DNA of 64,000 nt, from the IMG/VR virus record IMGVR_UViG_3300031669_000002, positions 1 through 64,000 of that record; one strand, written 5' to 3'. Of the stretch, positions 36,594 through 45,454 are shown in pieces. Both the position numbers and the translations under genes were made by a program. The first letter of the stretch is position 1, and the number at the start of each line of letters is the position of its first letter. The stretch comes from a virus. The notes below the pieces were generated by a model. The model was not told where the DNA came from. It saw nothing but the letters and a program-made list of their open reading frames with translations, and searched no databases.

Positions 36594-36623
36594 AAATAAG
36601 GGCATTTTATGCCCTTATTTTTT
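36594..36623 (+). terminator. Intrinsic terminator
   Basis: AAATAAGGGCA-TTTTA-TGCCCTTATTT followed by TTT. Confidence 0.8.
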
Positions 36624-36625
36624 GC

Positions 36626-36653
36626 TTGACATTTCGGTAAAATCGTGTATAAT
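36626..36653 (+). promoter_or_regulatory. sigma70 promoter
   Basis: TTGACA-tttcggtaaaatcgtg-TATAAT. Confidence 0.85.
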
Positions 36654-36678
36654 AGACATATCATAATGAAAGATATAA

Positions 36679-36936
36679 ATGCCACAAATTGAAATAATAA
36701 TCCCAAAAGATCAATTGATTCACGGTGCCTATTACAACGGTGATTGCAGAAATTCCGGTATTGCTCGGTGGAATGCAAATGATCAACTATTTTACTACTG
36801 GCGAGAAAAGTTTGGAACAAAGTTTATTGAAACTATTTGTTGTCCAGAAGATGATGCAGTATATGACGTCTTTGTTGCTGAAACATTAGCGGATGATGTC
36901 ACTACAATAATTCCGTTTTCAGGAGAACAAGTTTGA
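36679..36936 (+). CDS. Hypothetical protein
   Basis: First ORF after the promoter. Confidence 0.65.
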   Translation: MPQIEIIIPKDQLIHGAYYNGDCRNSGIARWNANDQLFYYWREKFGTKFIETICCPEDDAVYDVFVAETLADDVTTIIPFSGEQV

Positions 36937-37169
36937 AGAAAACAGATAAGCACGGAAACATGAAATATAAAGTAACTGTGCCGATGCCTGTGAGTAGAAA
37001 TGGTGTACGGAGCGGACTGCCCAGACATGAGTGGGTTAAAGAAAATATTGGCAAAGAACATGATACCTGGGAAGTTATGGGTGGGGATGCCGATTTTTTA
37101 ATTTATTCATTTGACCAAGCAGAGAATGCTACACTTTTTTCATTGCGATGGGCAGGAGTCGATCTGTGA
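36933..37169 (+). CDS. Hypothetical protein
   Basis: ORF; start uncertain. Confidence 0.5.
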   Translation: MKKTDKHGNMKYKVTVPMPVSRNGVRSGLPRHEWVKENIGKEHDTWEVMGGDADFLIYSFDQAENATLFSLRWAGVDL

Positions 37170-37507
37170 AAACAGCAATAGAAGTCGGTGAGCAAAACGA
37201 GAGGAACATTTACGCGATGAATAGACATTATATGGATGCTCGGATAGAAATGAACAGGGCGATTGAAGAATTTGTTCGTATTGCTCGATCAATGTCTTTT
37301 TCTGAATATAGCATCGCAGCAAGTATTTCGGATTCTGTTTTTGACATTGACAAGGAATTGTACGCCTACATGCAACGCGAACTATTACCAATGGTTGAGT
37401 CGTTTCGTGGGACTAAAGCAGTTGATATCAAACAAATTGAAAAAGATTGGGACGCAATTCTTCTTGCGTGGGATAAAAGAAAAATGTGGGAGGTTCTGGG
37501 ATCATGA
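37148..37507 (+). CDS. Hypothetical protein
   Basis: ORF; start uncertain. Confidence 0.55.
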   Translation: MGRSRSVKTAIEVGEQNERNIYAMNRHYMDARIEMNRAIEEFVRIARSMSFSEYSIAASISDSVFDIDKELYAYMQRELLPMVESFRGTKAVDIKQIEKDWDAILLAWDKRKMWEVLGS

Positions 37508-38544
37508 GTAGAAAACTGGCGAGAATACAAAAAATTTTAGACATACAACCCATTACTGGCGCCGATGCAATTGACGTCGCAACTATTAATTCGTGGAGAG
37601 TCGTCGTAAAGAAAAACGAATTCAAAGTCGGAGAACTCGTAATTTACTTTGAAGTTGACTCTTGGATACCAACTGTTCTTGCGCCGTTTCTTACAAAGGG
37701 TGGTGCTGAGCCGAGAGAATATGACGGTGTAAAAGGAGAAAGACTTCGCACAGTAAAACTTAGAGGACAATTATCACAGGGACTTGTGTTGCCTACATCT
37801 TTCGTTACTGGCGAAGATACGAGTGCATATGAATTATCTGAGGGACAAGATGTGACGGCGAATCTCGGCGTTCTGAAATATGAACCGCCTGTCCCTGCTG
37901 AGTTGGCTGGGGTAGTTAAAGGTCAGTGGCCGAGCTCAATCCCGAAGACCGATGAAGAGCGTGTCCAAAATCTAACAAACGAGTGGCCAGCACTGCATAA
38001 ACTCCGTTATGAAATAACTGAAAAGTTAGAGGGTGCGAGTATGACAGTCGCACGAGTTGATCGCGAATTCTTGGTGTGCAGTCGAAATCTGAATTTAGCA
38101 GAAACTGAAGGCAACACATTGTGGAAACTTGCTCGTCGATACGAAATTGAATCCAGATTGGAACTTGCTTCTCTGGATAATCTTGCTATTCAGGGTGAAT
38201 GCATCGGCGAAGGAATTGAGGGCAATCACTACGGAATAAAAGGACAAGACTTTTATGTTTACACCATTTACGATATTGTTCAGGGCCGGTATTTGAATCC
38301 AAATGAACGAAATAATATTTGTTATAGCCTTGGGTTGCAGCATGTTCCTGTAATCGCACATACTGCTAACCTATATAATACACTCGGGATTTCTACAATT
38401 GATCAACTGTTGTTATTTGCCGATAATAAATCTGCTCTCAACCCAAATAAACTGCGTGAAGGTATTGTCCTTAAACAAGTTGACGGGCAAACGCACTTCA
38501 AAGCAGTATCAAATTCTTATCTCTTAAAACACGGATCGCGATAA
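37504..38544 (+). CDS. ATP-dependent RNA ligase (Rnl2-like, DRB0094 family)
   Basis: N-terminal OB/tRNA-binding-like domain (RKLA.I..I.DIQPI.GAD.I..A; RTVKLRGQLSQGL); motif I TEKLEG, VCSRN, QGE, REGIV, FKAVS. Confidence 0.92.
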   Translation: MSRKLARIQKILDIQPITGADAIDVATINSWRVVVKKNEFKVGELVIYFEVDSWIPTVLAPFLTKGGAEPREYDGVKGERLRTVKLRGQLSQGLVLPTSFVTGEDTSAYELSEGQDVTANLGVLKYEPPVPAELAGVVKGQWPSSIPKTDEERVQNLTNEWPALHKLRYEITEKLEGASMTVARVDREFLVCSRNLNLAETEGNTLWKLARRYEIESRLELASLDNLAIQGECIGEGIEGNHYGIKGQDFYVYTIYDIVQGRYLNPNERNNICYSLGLQHVPVIAHTANLYNTLGISTIDQLLLFADNKSALNPNKLREGIVLKQVDGQTHFKAVSNSYLLKHGSR

Positions 38545-39126
38545 ATGAAAGTCACTTACTATCAAATTCTTAAAATTGACCTGACTGCGACGCCAGATGA
38601 AATTAAAAAGGCATATCGCAAGCAGTCTGCAAAATACCATCCCGACAGAAACAAAGATCCAAATGCCACTTTGTTTATGCAAGCGGTAAATGAGGCTTAC
38701 GCTTGTTTGTCTGATGTTGATAAGCGACAATCATACGATTATACTTTGCGAACAAAACAAACAACAGCACAACCGTCGCCAAAGCCGACATACAAAGATC
38801 CGTATGAAGCATACGATAGAGAATGGTGGGACGAAGATTATCGCCGCCAAAGAGGGACTTACGGAAACGCATATGACAGAATGAAAGAAGAAGTTCGCGA
38901 CGAAGAGGATCGTCTTTGGCGTGATCTTGAAAGAATGAAAGAAGAAATTCGCGCTATGAAAGCGCAGGCCGACTTCTTAGCCGCGTCTCGTGACAGCAAA
39001 ACAAAGCAATCCAATTATTGGGGTGATAAAGCAACAGATGATTATGCCAGCCGTTGGTATAGCGATACTGTTGAGCCAAAACAAACAGCATCAGATAAAT
39101 TCTTTAAGTTCTTCAGCAAGAAATGA
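38545..39126 (+). CDS. J-domain (DnaJ-type) protein
   Basis: YYQIL..IKKAYRK...YHPDRN..AY..LSD..KR..YD. Confidence 0.9.
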   Translation: MKVTYYQILKIDLTATPDEIKKAYRKQSAKYHPDRNKDPNATLFMQAVNEAYACLSDVDKRQSYDYTLRTKQTTAQPSPKPTYKDPYEAYDREWWDEDYRRQRGTYGNAYDRMKEEVRDEEDRLWRDLERMKEEIRAMKAQADFLAASRDSKTKQSNYWGDKATDDYASRWYSDTVEPKQTASDKFFKFFSKK

Positions 39127-39428
39127 GCAAACTCTATAAAATCAGAGACAAAGATAGTGGCCTGTTTAGCAGTGGATCGATCAATCGTATTGCTTCGAAA
39201 AATAAAAACAAAGTAGTAATTGTTCGTTGGTCATCCAAAAAAAGCAAGCAATGGACGGACGAGAAGCTCCTTAAAAAACATTTACTTGAGTGCTGCAAGT
39301 TAGGCGGAATCCCGTCAAACTGGGAAATAATGGAATACACACAAGAACCGTCCAAAGAAATACACGAGTGGATCAATGAGCAAATGCTTATGGCAATTTT
39401 AAAGTCAGAACACAAAAATGAAAAGTAG
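39123..39428 (+). CDS. Hypothetical protein
   Basis: ATGA overlap. Confidence 0.6.
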   Translation: MSKLYKIRDKDSGLFSSGSINRIASKNKNKVVIVRWSSKKSKQWTDEKLLKKHLLECCKLGGIPSNWEIMEYTQEPSKEIHEWINEQMLMAILKSEHKNEK

Positions 39429-39460
39429 AAAAGAAACGAAATTTCTTAAACTGGCCTCGA

Positions 39461-39529
39461 TAAGTAGTTGATTCTCAAAAGAAACAAAATGCAAATTTCT
39501 CTTGACTTTTCGGTAAAATAATGTATAAT
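39461..39529 (+). promoter_or_regulatory. IHF box (reverse) plus sigma70 promoter
   Basis: TAAGTAGTTGATT (39461-73) is the reverse complement of the IHF consensus; TTGACT-tttcggtaaaataatg-TATAAT (39502-29). Confidence 0.8.
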
Positions 39530-39589
39530 AGTATTTCGTTAGTTAAGAACACAGACACTTTTTATAACTTAAATGGAGATTCAAACAAA

Positions 39590-40078
39590 ATGACAAAGCC
39601 GCTGAATGCCTCACAAAAACTGAACAACAAAATCAAAGTCGAAAAAGCCAAACTGACCGCACTGCAAGAAGCTGCAAAGATTGCCCGCGCCGCTGAAAAA
39701 GCCGACAAAGACGCTGTCAAAGCCGAAAACAAAGTTGCTCGCGACGCAAAGAAAGCTGAACGCGATGCCGCAAAGGTTGTTCGCGATGCTGCAACTGCTG
39801 AACGAAAAGCCGCTGCCGCAACAAAGAACGCCGAAAAATCCGCCGCTAAAGCTGAACGCGATGCCGCAAAAGTTGTTCGCGAAGCTGCTCGTGCAGAAAA
39901 AGTTGCCGCAAACCTGGTCAAAGCCGAAGCTCGTGTGCTCGCGCTGAAAGAAAAAGAAGCTGCTCGCGCCGCAAAGATCGAAGCCAAAGCAAACAGCCTG
40001 AAAGAAATGCGTAAAGCCCAACAACGCCCAAGCAAAGTCGTTATCACACGGCCGGCGACGGAAGAAGTTGCAGCCTAA
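39590..40078 (+). CDS. Ala/Lys-rich helical (histone H1/TolA-like) protein
   Basis: KAERDAAKVVR(D/E)AA occurs twice at a 96-bp offset; composition dominated by A, K, E. Confidence 0.7.
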   Translation: MTKPLNASQKLNNKIKVEKAKLTALQEAAKIARAAEKADKDAVKAENKVARDAKKAERDAAKVVRDAATAERKAAAATKNAEKSAAKAERDAAKVVREAARAEKVAANLVKAEARVLALKEKEAARAAKIEAKANSLKEMRKAQQRPSKVVITRPATEEVAA

Positions 40079-40084
40079 TCAAAT

Positions 40085-40127
40085 CAGTGACTTAGCAGAA
40101 AGTAACGATTTGTTAAGTCACTGTTTT
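40085..40127 (+). terminator. Inverted repeat / terminator (arm resembles an IHF box)
   Basis: CAGTGACTTAGC..GTTAAGTCACTG followed by TTTT. Confidence 0.65.
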
Positions 40128-40154
40128 CAATACAAAAGAAAAACAAAATAGTAG

Positions 40155-40182
40155 TTGACTTTTAGCGCCAAGACTGTATAAT
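40155..40182 (+). promoter_or_regulatory. sigma70 promoter
   Basis: TTGACT-16-TATAAT, TG-extended. Confidence 0.8.
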
Positions 40183-40239
40183 AGTTTCATAAGTGCAACA
40201 AACATCCAAATTTCAATAACCCTTAAAAAGGAGCAGCAA

Positions 40240-41346
40240 ATGAGTGTAGTATCTCAAAATCGTACCGTAACAACCACTGAAGCCCGTCGCGCACTTTTGC
40301 GCTGCTTCAAAGCCAAACGTCCATTGTTCCTTTGGGGTCCGATGGGAATTGGTAAGTCCGAACTGGTTGCAGACATTGCAACGGAAATGGGCGGAATCAC
40401 AATCGATCTGCGTATGGCGACGATGGAGCCAACTGATTTGCGCGGTATTCCTTACTTCAACAAAGACCTGGGCACAATGTCCTGGGCTCCTCCAGTCGAG
40501 CTGCCAAGTGCAGAACTCGCCGCAAAACATCCGATCATCGTGCTGTTCCTGGACGAAATGAACTCGGCGGCCCCTGCTGTTCAGGCTGCGGCTTATCAGC
40601 TGGTTCTGAATCGTCGAGTTGGTACTTACCAACTGCCAGACAACGTCGTGTTGGTTGCTGCTGGTAACCGCGAAACTGACAAGGGCGTGACTTATCGTAT
40701 GCCGGCGCCGTTGGCAAATCGTTTCGTTCACTTGGAGTTGCGTGTTGACTTTGATTGCTGGCAGACTTGGGCTGTTGAAAATCGTATCCACCAGGATGTG
40801 GTTGGTTTCATCAGCTTTGCGAAACAGTCGTTGTTTGACTTTGATCCAAAGAGCCCCAGCCGTTCGTTCGCTACTCCGCGTTCGTGGACTTTCGTTTCGG
40901 AATTGCTGCAAGACGAATCTGAAAGTGACAGCATCCTGACTGATTTGGTCAGCGGCTCCGTTGGTGAAGGTCTGGCGATGAAGTTTATGGCTCACCGCAA
41001 GTTTGCAAGTCAGCTGCCTAACCCAACTGATATTTTGTCGGGCAAAGTGAAAGAGCTGAAGATCAAAGAAGTTTCGGCCATGTACTCGCTGATCACTTCG
41101 ATGTGCTATGAACTGAAAGACGCACACGAAAAGCTGGCCGGCAGCAAGGACAAAGAAAGCTGGCATGCGATGGCGGATAACTTCTTCCGTTTCGCGATGG
41201 ACAACTTCGGCACTGAAATCGTTGTTATGGGTGCGCGTGTGGCGTTGACTACTTATCAACTGCCGTTTATCCCAAACAAGCTGAAGAGCTTTAACGAGTT
41301 CCACCAGCGTTTTGGTAAGTTGATCCTGGCAAGTTCGCAGGCCTAA
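40240..41346 (+). CDS. MoxR-like AAA+ ATPase
   Basis: Walker A GPMGIGKS, Walker B LFLDE, AAGNR, PLANRF, TPRSW. Confidence 0.92.
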   Translation: MSVVSQNRTVTTTEARRALLRCFKAKRPLFLWGPMGIGKSELVADIATEMGGITIDLRMATMEPTDLRGIPYFNKDLGTMSWAPPVELPSAELAAKHPIIVLFLDEMNSAAPAVQAAAYQLVLNRRVGTYQLPDNVVLVAAGNRETDKGVTYRMPAPLANRFVHLELRVDFDCWQTWAVENRIHQDVVGFISFAKQSLFDFDPKSPSRSFATPRSWTFVSELLQDESESDSILTDLVSGSVGEGLAMKFMAHRKFASQLPNPTDILSGKVKELKIKEVSAMYSLITSMCYELKDAHEKLAGSKDKESWHAMADNFFRFAMDNFGTEIVVMGARVALTTYQLPFIPNKLKSFNEFHQRFGKLILASSQA

Positions 41347-41353
41347 AACAAAA

Positions 41354-41373
41354 GGGGCTTCGGCCCCGTTTTT
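41354..41373 (+). terminator. Intrinsic terminator
   Basis: GGGGC-TTCG-GCCCC-GTTTTT. Confidence 0.85.
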
Positions 41374-41387
41374 CATTTGAGCAAATC

Positions 41388-41735
41388 ATGAGAGATACAA
41401 TTCAATTTTTGCAGTGGCTTTCACGAAAAATATTTAGTGGCATCTTCAAACGTCGCAGGTTTGTAAGCAGATCTTTTGCTTGGGCTGTTGAGTGCATGGA
41501 AGATGATTTGTCAGACTCGCTGTTTGGCTGGTTATTTTTCGGAGCCATCGCGATACTGCTAAGTTTGGCAATTAGTCTTGTTTTTAGCAGATTCTATGGT
41601 CCACACGTTGTCGCATTTCTTTATGCTGGTGTCGGAATTGTTGTTACCAGTTTTATGATCACTGTCACAACAGTGCTATATCGCAAGTTCAAGGAAGAAC
41701 AGAAAAAACTGATGGATGTCTTAAAAAGGCAATGA
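41388..41735 (+). CDS. Two-TM membrane protein
   Basis: Two hydrophobic segments. Confidence 0.6.
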   Translation: MRDTIQFLQWLSRKIFSGIFKRRRFVSRSFAWAVECMEDDLSDSLFGWLFFGAIAILLSLAISLVFSRFYGPHVVAFLYAGVGIVVTSFMITVTTVLYRKFKEEQKKLMDVLKRQ

Positions 41736-41995
41736 AATATACGGCAATTAGCAAGAAAGTTGCCCGAGATAAGAAAAATCGCGAAATGGCAGCTCAATCA
41801 TATCTTTCGTTAGTGTGGGTAACAAAAGAGAAAGAATCGATTGAATTGGGCAAAATGACTCGTTCTCATGTGCAAAACACTCTGAATTGGTGCATACGAA
41901 AGAATGCACCACCAGATATGACTAAAGACGGAATATTGTACTCACAGTGGATAAGTCACCTATTAGTTCGCCTTCTTGATCCAGATCTCGAATAA
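41732..41995 (+). CDS. Hypothetical protein
   Basis: ATGA overlap. Confidence 0.6.
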   Translation: MKYTAISKKVARDKKNREMAAQSYLSLVWVTKEKESIELGKMTRSHVQNTLNWCIRKNAPPDMTKDGILYSQWISHLLVRLLDPDLE

Positions 41996-41996
41996 G

Positions 41997-42063
41997 AATC
42001 AACTACTTACCTCAACAAATGAGCTTAAAATCTGCTTGACTTTCGGCCAAAAGACTGTATAAT
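41997..42063 (+). promoter_or_regulatory. IHF box plus sigma70 promoter
   Basis: AATCAACTACTTA (41997-42009); TTGACT-ttcggccaaaagactg-TATAAT (42036-63). Confidence 0.8.
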
Positions 42064-42093
42064 AGTATCATAAATCGTAAATAGGCACACAAA

Positions 42094-43329
42094 ATGTCAG
42101 AGATTACTGCAACCCCCAAAAAAGTTGTCACAGTATTCAATCAAAAGGCAGACAATGCCGCAGTAGAGAAGCTCGTAACTGCTCGTATTGGTCTCTTGCT
42201 CAAAGCTCCGTTCTTCGGTAATTTGGCAACTCGTCTTACGTTGAAAAACGCAGACGATTGGCTCGAAACAGCAGCAACAGATGGCCGAACATTCTACTAC
42301 AATTCCGCATTCGTCAACAAGCTCTCAATCAAAGAAACAGAATTTCTGGTTGGCCACGAAACACTGCACGTGGTATATGACCATATGGGGCGTCGAAACG
42401 GTCGAAATCCAAAGTTATGGAATGTCGCCGCTGACTATTGCGTAAATCAAGATCTGATTGATCAAGTAGTTGGTGAGCGTATCACCACAGTCGAAATTCT
42501 TGTTGACTCCAAATACAAAGGAATGTCAGCAGAAGAAGTTTACGAGCTCTTGGAAAAGAACATGCCCAAAATGAGCTTGGATGATTTGTTGAAGAAAGTT
42601 CTTGACGATCATATGGACTCGACTCCTGGGGAGGGTGAAGCGACCAGCGGTCGCCCAACGCTGACTGAAGAAGAGAAGAAACAGATTCGTGACGAAGTGC
42701 GTGAAGCAATTTTGTCAGCAGCACAAACCGTTAGCTCAGAGAATTTACCGGGCAACGTGAAGCGCATGATCAAAGATATCACTGAGCCGCAAATGAACTG
42801 GCGTGAAATACTGCATCAGCGTTTCAAGAGCACAGTGAAGTCAGACTTTACATGGATGCGTCCGTCGCGTAAATCGTGGCACCTGGATGCAATTTTGCCG
42901 GGACAGAACACAGGAGATCGCATTGAGGTTGCAATCAGCATTGACTCCTCGGGTTCGATGCAGCCAAAAATGTTGCAAGACTTTTTGGGCGAAGTGCGCG
43001 GCATTATGGAAGAATTTGATGATTTCAAAATCCACTTGTGGTGCATTGACACAGAAGTTTACAATTTCCAAACGTTTACTCCGGACAATGCGTTCGAGCT
43101 GGAAAGCTACGAAATCATGGGTAACGGCGGTAATGCGTTCGAAGAAAACTGGCGCTTCATGCGTGAAATAGATCTGAACCCAGAACTGTTCATCATGTTC
43201 ACTGACGGATATCCGTGCCCGCATTGGTGTATGCCCGGTGACGAAGAATACTGCACGACTATGTTCTTGTTGCACAGCACCAAGACAATCGTTGCTCCGT
43301 TTGGCGAAACCATTTACTACACAGAATGA
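42094..43329 (+). CDS. Metallopeptidase-like + vWA protein (DUF2201-type), paralog 1
   Basis: TAATDG, HETLH (HExxH), NVAADY, vWA IDSSGSM, FTDG. Confidence 0.88.
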   Translation: MSEITATPKKVVTVFNQKADNAAVEKLVTARIGLLLKAPFFGNLATRLTLKNADDWLETAATDGRTFYYNSAFVNKLSIKETEFLVGHETLHVVYDHMGRRNGRNPKLWNVAADYCVNQDLIDQVVGERITTVEILVDSKYKGMSAEEVYELLEKNMPKMSLDDLLKKVLDDHMDSTPGEGEATSGRPTLTEEEKKQIRDEVREAILSAAQTVSSENLPGNVKRMIKDITEPQMNWREILHQRFKSTVKSDFTWMRPSRKSWHLDAILPGQNTGDRIEVAISIDSSGSMQPKMLQDFLGEVRGIMEEFDDFKIHLWCIDTEVYNFQTFTPDNAFELESYEIMGNGGNAFEENWRFMREIDLNPELFIMFTDGYPCPHWCMPGDEEYCTTMFLLHSTKTIVAPFGETIYYTE

Positions 43330-43640
43330 TCGAGGAGTCAGTTCGTTTTCCGTATGGCGTAGAAGATACGCCAGAATGGATTTATGATTGGGTTGCCGCA
43401 CAGCCCTGGAACCATGCTCTTACTAAAGAAGATACTGAAATGCAGAAACAAATATCTCGGAGCAATGAAGGTTGGAAGAGGCAATATAAACAAGAGTTTA
43501 TTAAATTGGCAGTAGTCAAGCATAACGTGCAAGTCTTTGTTTTAATAGGAGAAAACATGTTTATTGATGTTCCAGTAAACGAAGAGACCACTATATTTCT
43601 TCTTAAAAACCAACAACTTACATCAACAAAAAGACCTTGA
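43326..43640 (+). CDS. Hypothetical protein
   Basis: ATGA overlap. Confidence 0.55.
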   Translation: MIEESVRFPYGVEDTPEWIYDWVAAQPWNHALTKEDTEMQKQISRSNEGWKRQYKQEFIKLAVVKHNVQVFVLIGENMFIDVPVNEETTIFLLKNQQLTSTKRP

Positions 43641-43665
43641 CATAAACAGATATTGATAGTATAAT
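43637..43665 (+). promoter_or_regulatory. sigma70 promoter
   Basis: TTGACA-17-TATAAT; near-consensus IHF box at 43608-20. Confidence 0.75.
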
Positions 43666-43709
43666 AGTTGTATGAATGGAGAACTAACATAATGAAGAAG
43701 GGAATTTTT

Positions 43710-44981
43710 ATGGCATCAACTGACGTAACCACAATAGACAAAAAGAAAGTTGTCACTGTAACCAACCCCGCAGTTGATAATGCTGCGATTGAAAAAATGG
43801 TCACAGCTCGTATTGGTCTCTTGCTCAAAGCTCCGTTCTTCGGAAACTTAGCAACTCGACTGAAGCTCGTTAATGCTGACGAATGGCTTAGCACTGCGGC
43901 AACGGATGGCCGTAATTTCTATTACAACTCTGAGTTCGTGAATAAACTTTCAATCAAGCAGACAGAATTCTTGTTTGGTCACGAAACACTGCACGTGGTC
44001 TACGATCACATGGGGCGGCGCGGCGACCGCGATCCTCAGCTTTGGAACATTGCTGACGACTATTGCGTAAACCAAGATCTTATCGATCAGCGCATCGGCG
44101 AAAAGATCACCGTTGTTGAAATTCTGTACGATCCAAAGTACAAAGGGATGTCTGCAGAAGAAGTTTACGACCTGCTTTACAAGAATGCGTCGAAGATCAA
44201 CATCAATGATTTGATGAAACGTGTTCTTGACGAGCACCTGGATGGTGATGGCGACGACGGCGAAGGAGAGGATGGTGAAGGCGAGGATGGCAAGCCGGGC
44301 AGTGGTCGTCCAAAGTTGTCTGCAGAAGAGAAGAAACAGATTCGAGACGAAATCAAAGAAGCTGTGATGAGTGCTGCCCAGGCAGTGGGCGCCGGCAATT
44401 TGCCATCAGGCGTGAAGCGCATGTTGAAAGACATGACAGAGCCAAAGATGAACTGGCGCGAATTACTTCAACAGCAAATTGAAAGCACCATCAAAGCTGA
44501 CTACACCTGGATGCGTCCTTCGCGTAAGTCATGGCACCTGGATGCGATTCTGCCAGGTCAGAACAATGCACAAATGATTGACATTTGTATTAGTGTTGAC
44601 TTGTCAGGCTCCATTAGCCAAAAGCAGTGCAAGGACTTCTTCAGTGAAATCCACGGCATTATGCAGATGTATTCAGATGCGTTCAAGATCCATGTTTGGA
44701 CTTTTGATACTGAAGTTTACAATCCTGCCATTTTCACACAGGACAACTTGGACGATATTAAAGAATACGAACCACAAGGCGGAGGCGGCACCACGTTCGA
44801 GGCAAACTGGGAGTTCATGAAAGAGAACGACATTGAGCCTAAAAAGTTCATCATGTTTACTGACGGATATCCTGGTGGCTCGTGGGGTGATCCAGATTAC
44901 TGCGACACCTTATTTGTTGTGCATGGCTCGACCACTATCGAAGCACCGTTCGGAGTTACTACTTACTACACGGAGAACTAA
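43710..44981 (+). CDS. Metallopeptidase-like + vWA protein (DUF2201-type), paralog 2
   Basis: TAATDG, HETLH, VDLSGS, GGGGT.F, FTDG; closely similar to 42094-43329. Confidence 0.88.
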   Translation: MASTDVTTIDKKKVVTVTNPAVDNAAIEKMVTARIGLLLKAPFFGNLATRLKLVNADEWLSTAATDGRNFYYNSEFVNKLSIKQTEFLFGHETLHVVYDHMGRRGDRDPQLWNIADDYCVNQDLIDQRIGEKITVVEILYDPKYKGMSAEEVYDLLYKNASKININDLMKRVLDEHLDGDGDDGEGEDGEGEDGKPGSGRPKLSAEEKKQIRDEIKEAVMSAAQAVGAGNLPSGVKRMLKDMTEPKMNWRELLQQQIESTIKADYTWMRPSRKSWHLDAILPGQNNAQMIDICISVDLSGSISQKQCKDFFSEIHGIMQMYSDAFKIHVWTFDTEVYNPAIFTQDNLDDIKEYEPQGGGGTTFEANWEFMKENDIEPKKFIMFTDGYPGGSWGDPDYCDTLFVVHGSTTIEAPFGVTTYYTEN

Positions 44982-44982
44982 G

Positions 44983-45174
44983 ATGAAAAACTTTTTTAGC
45001 GAAAAGCAATTTACCACGTTTGATTGGCTGGCACTCTATTTCATATGTCGTGCCGCTGAAATTCATTCGGGCTGGTGGGTATTGCTTGTTATTCCGCAAA
45101 TATTTATTTCGGTAATATTGGCAAACTACTTCATTGAGCGGAGCTGTAAAAAGGCTAAAGAGACAAATGAGTAA
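44983..45174 (+). CDS. Small membrane protein
   Basis: GGAG RBS; hydrophobic. Confidence 0.5.
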   Translation: MKNFFSEKQFTTFDWLALYFICRAAEIHSGWWVLLVIPQIFISVILANYFIERSCKKAKETNE

Positions 45175-45454
45175 AAGAGATAATAACATGACACCGGATA
45201 AAGAAAAAGTTTGGAATGCGTTAACGCTACCAGAAGGGATGATTAGATTCTCAGCCGATGACGGTGATCATATGCCTGTCAGCACTTTTCTTGAATACGT
45301 GTTAAGCGGTGGATTTATCGACGATGACGGTTTTGGCGAATGGGCAACAGAGACACACTATCTTCCCGGCAAATGGATTCATCCATCGGATATGATGAAT
45401 AATCGTAAGCCAATTCCGTCATGGGCCACGCATGTTATGTGGTACAATAAATGA
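45167..45454 (+). CDS. Hypothetical protein
   Basis: ORF. Confidence 0.6.
   Translation: MSKRDNNMTPDKEKVWNALTLPEGMIRFSADDGDHMPVSTFLEYVLSGGFIDDDGFGEWATETHYLPGKWIHPSDMMNNRKPIPSWATHVMWYNK

Noticed and set aside
39562-40047. Overlapping antisense ORFs over the Ala/Lys gene
   Set aside because: They mirror a low-complexity coding sequence.
40213-41376. 387-aa minus-strand ORF
   Set aside because: It is an antisense shadow of the AAA+ ATPase caused by codon bias, with no recognisable motifs or RBS.
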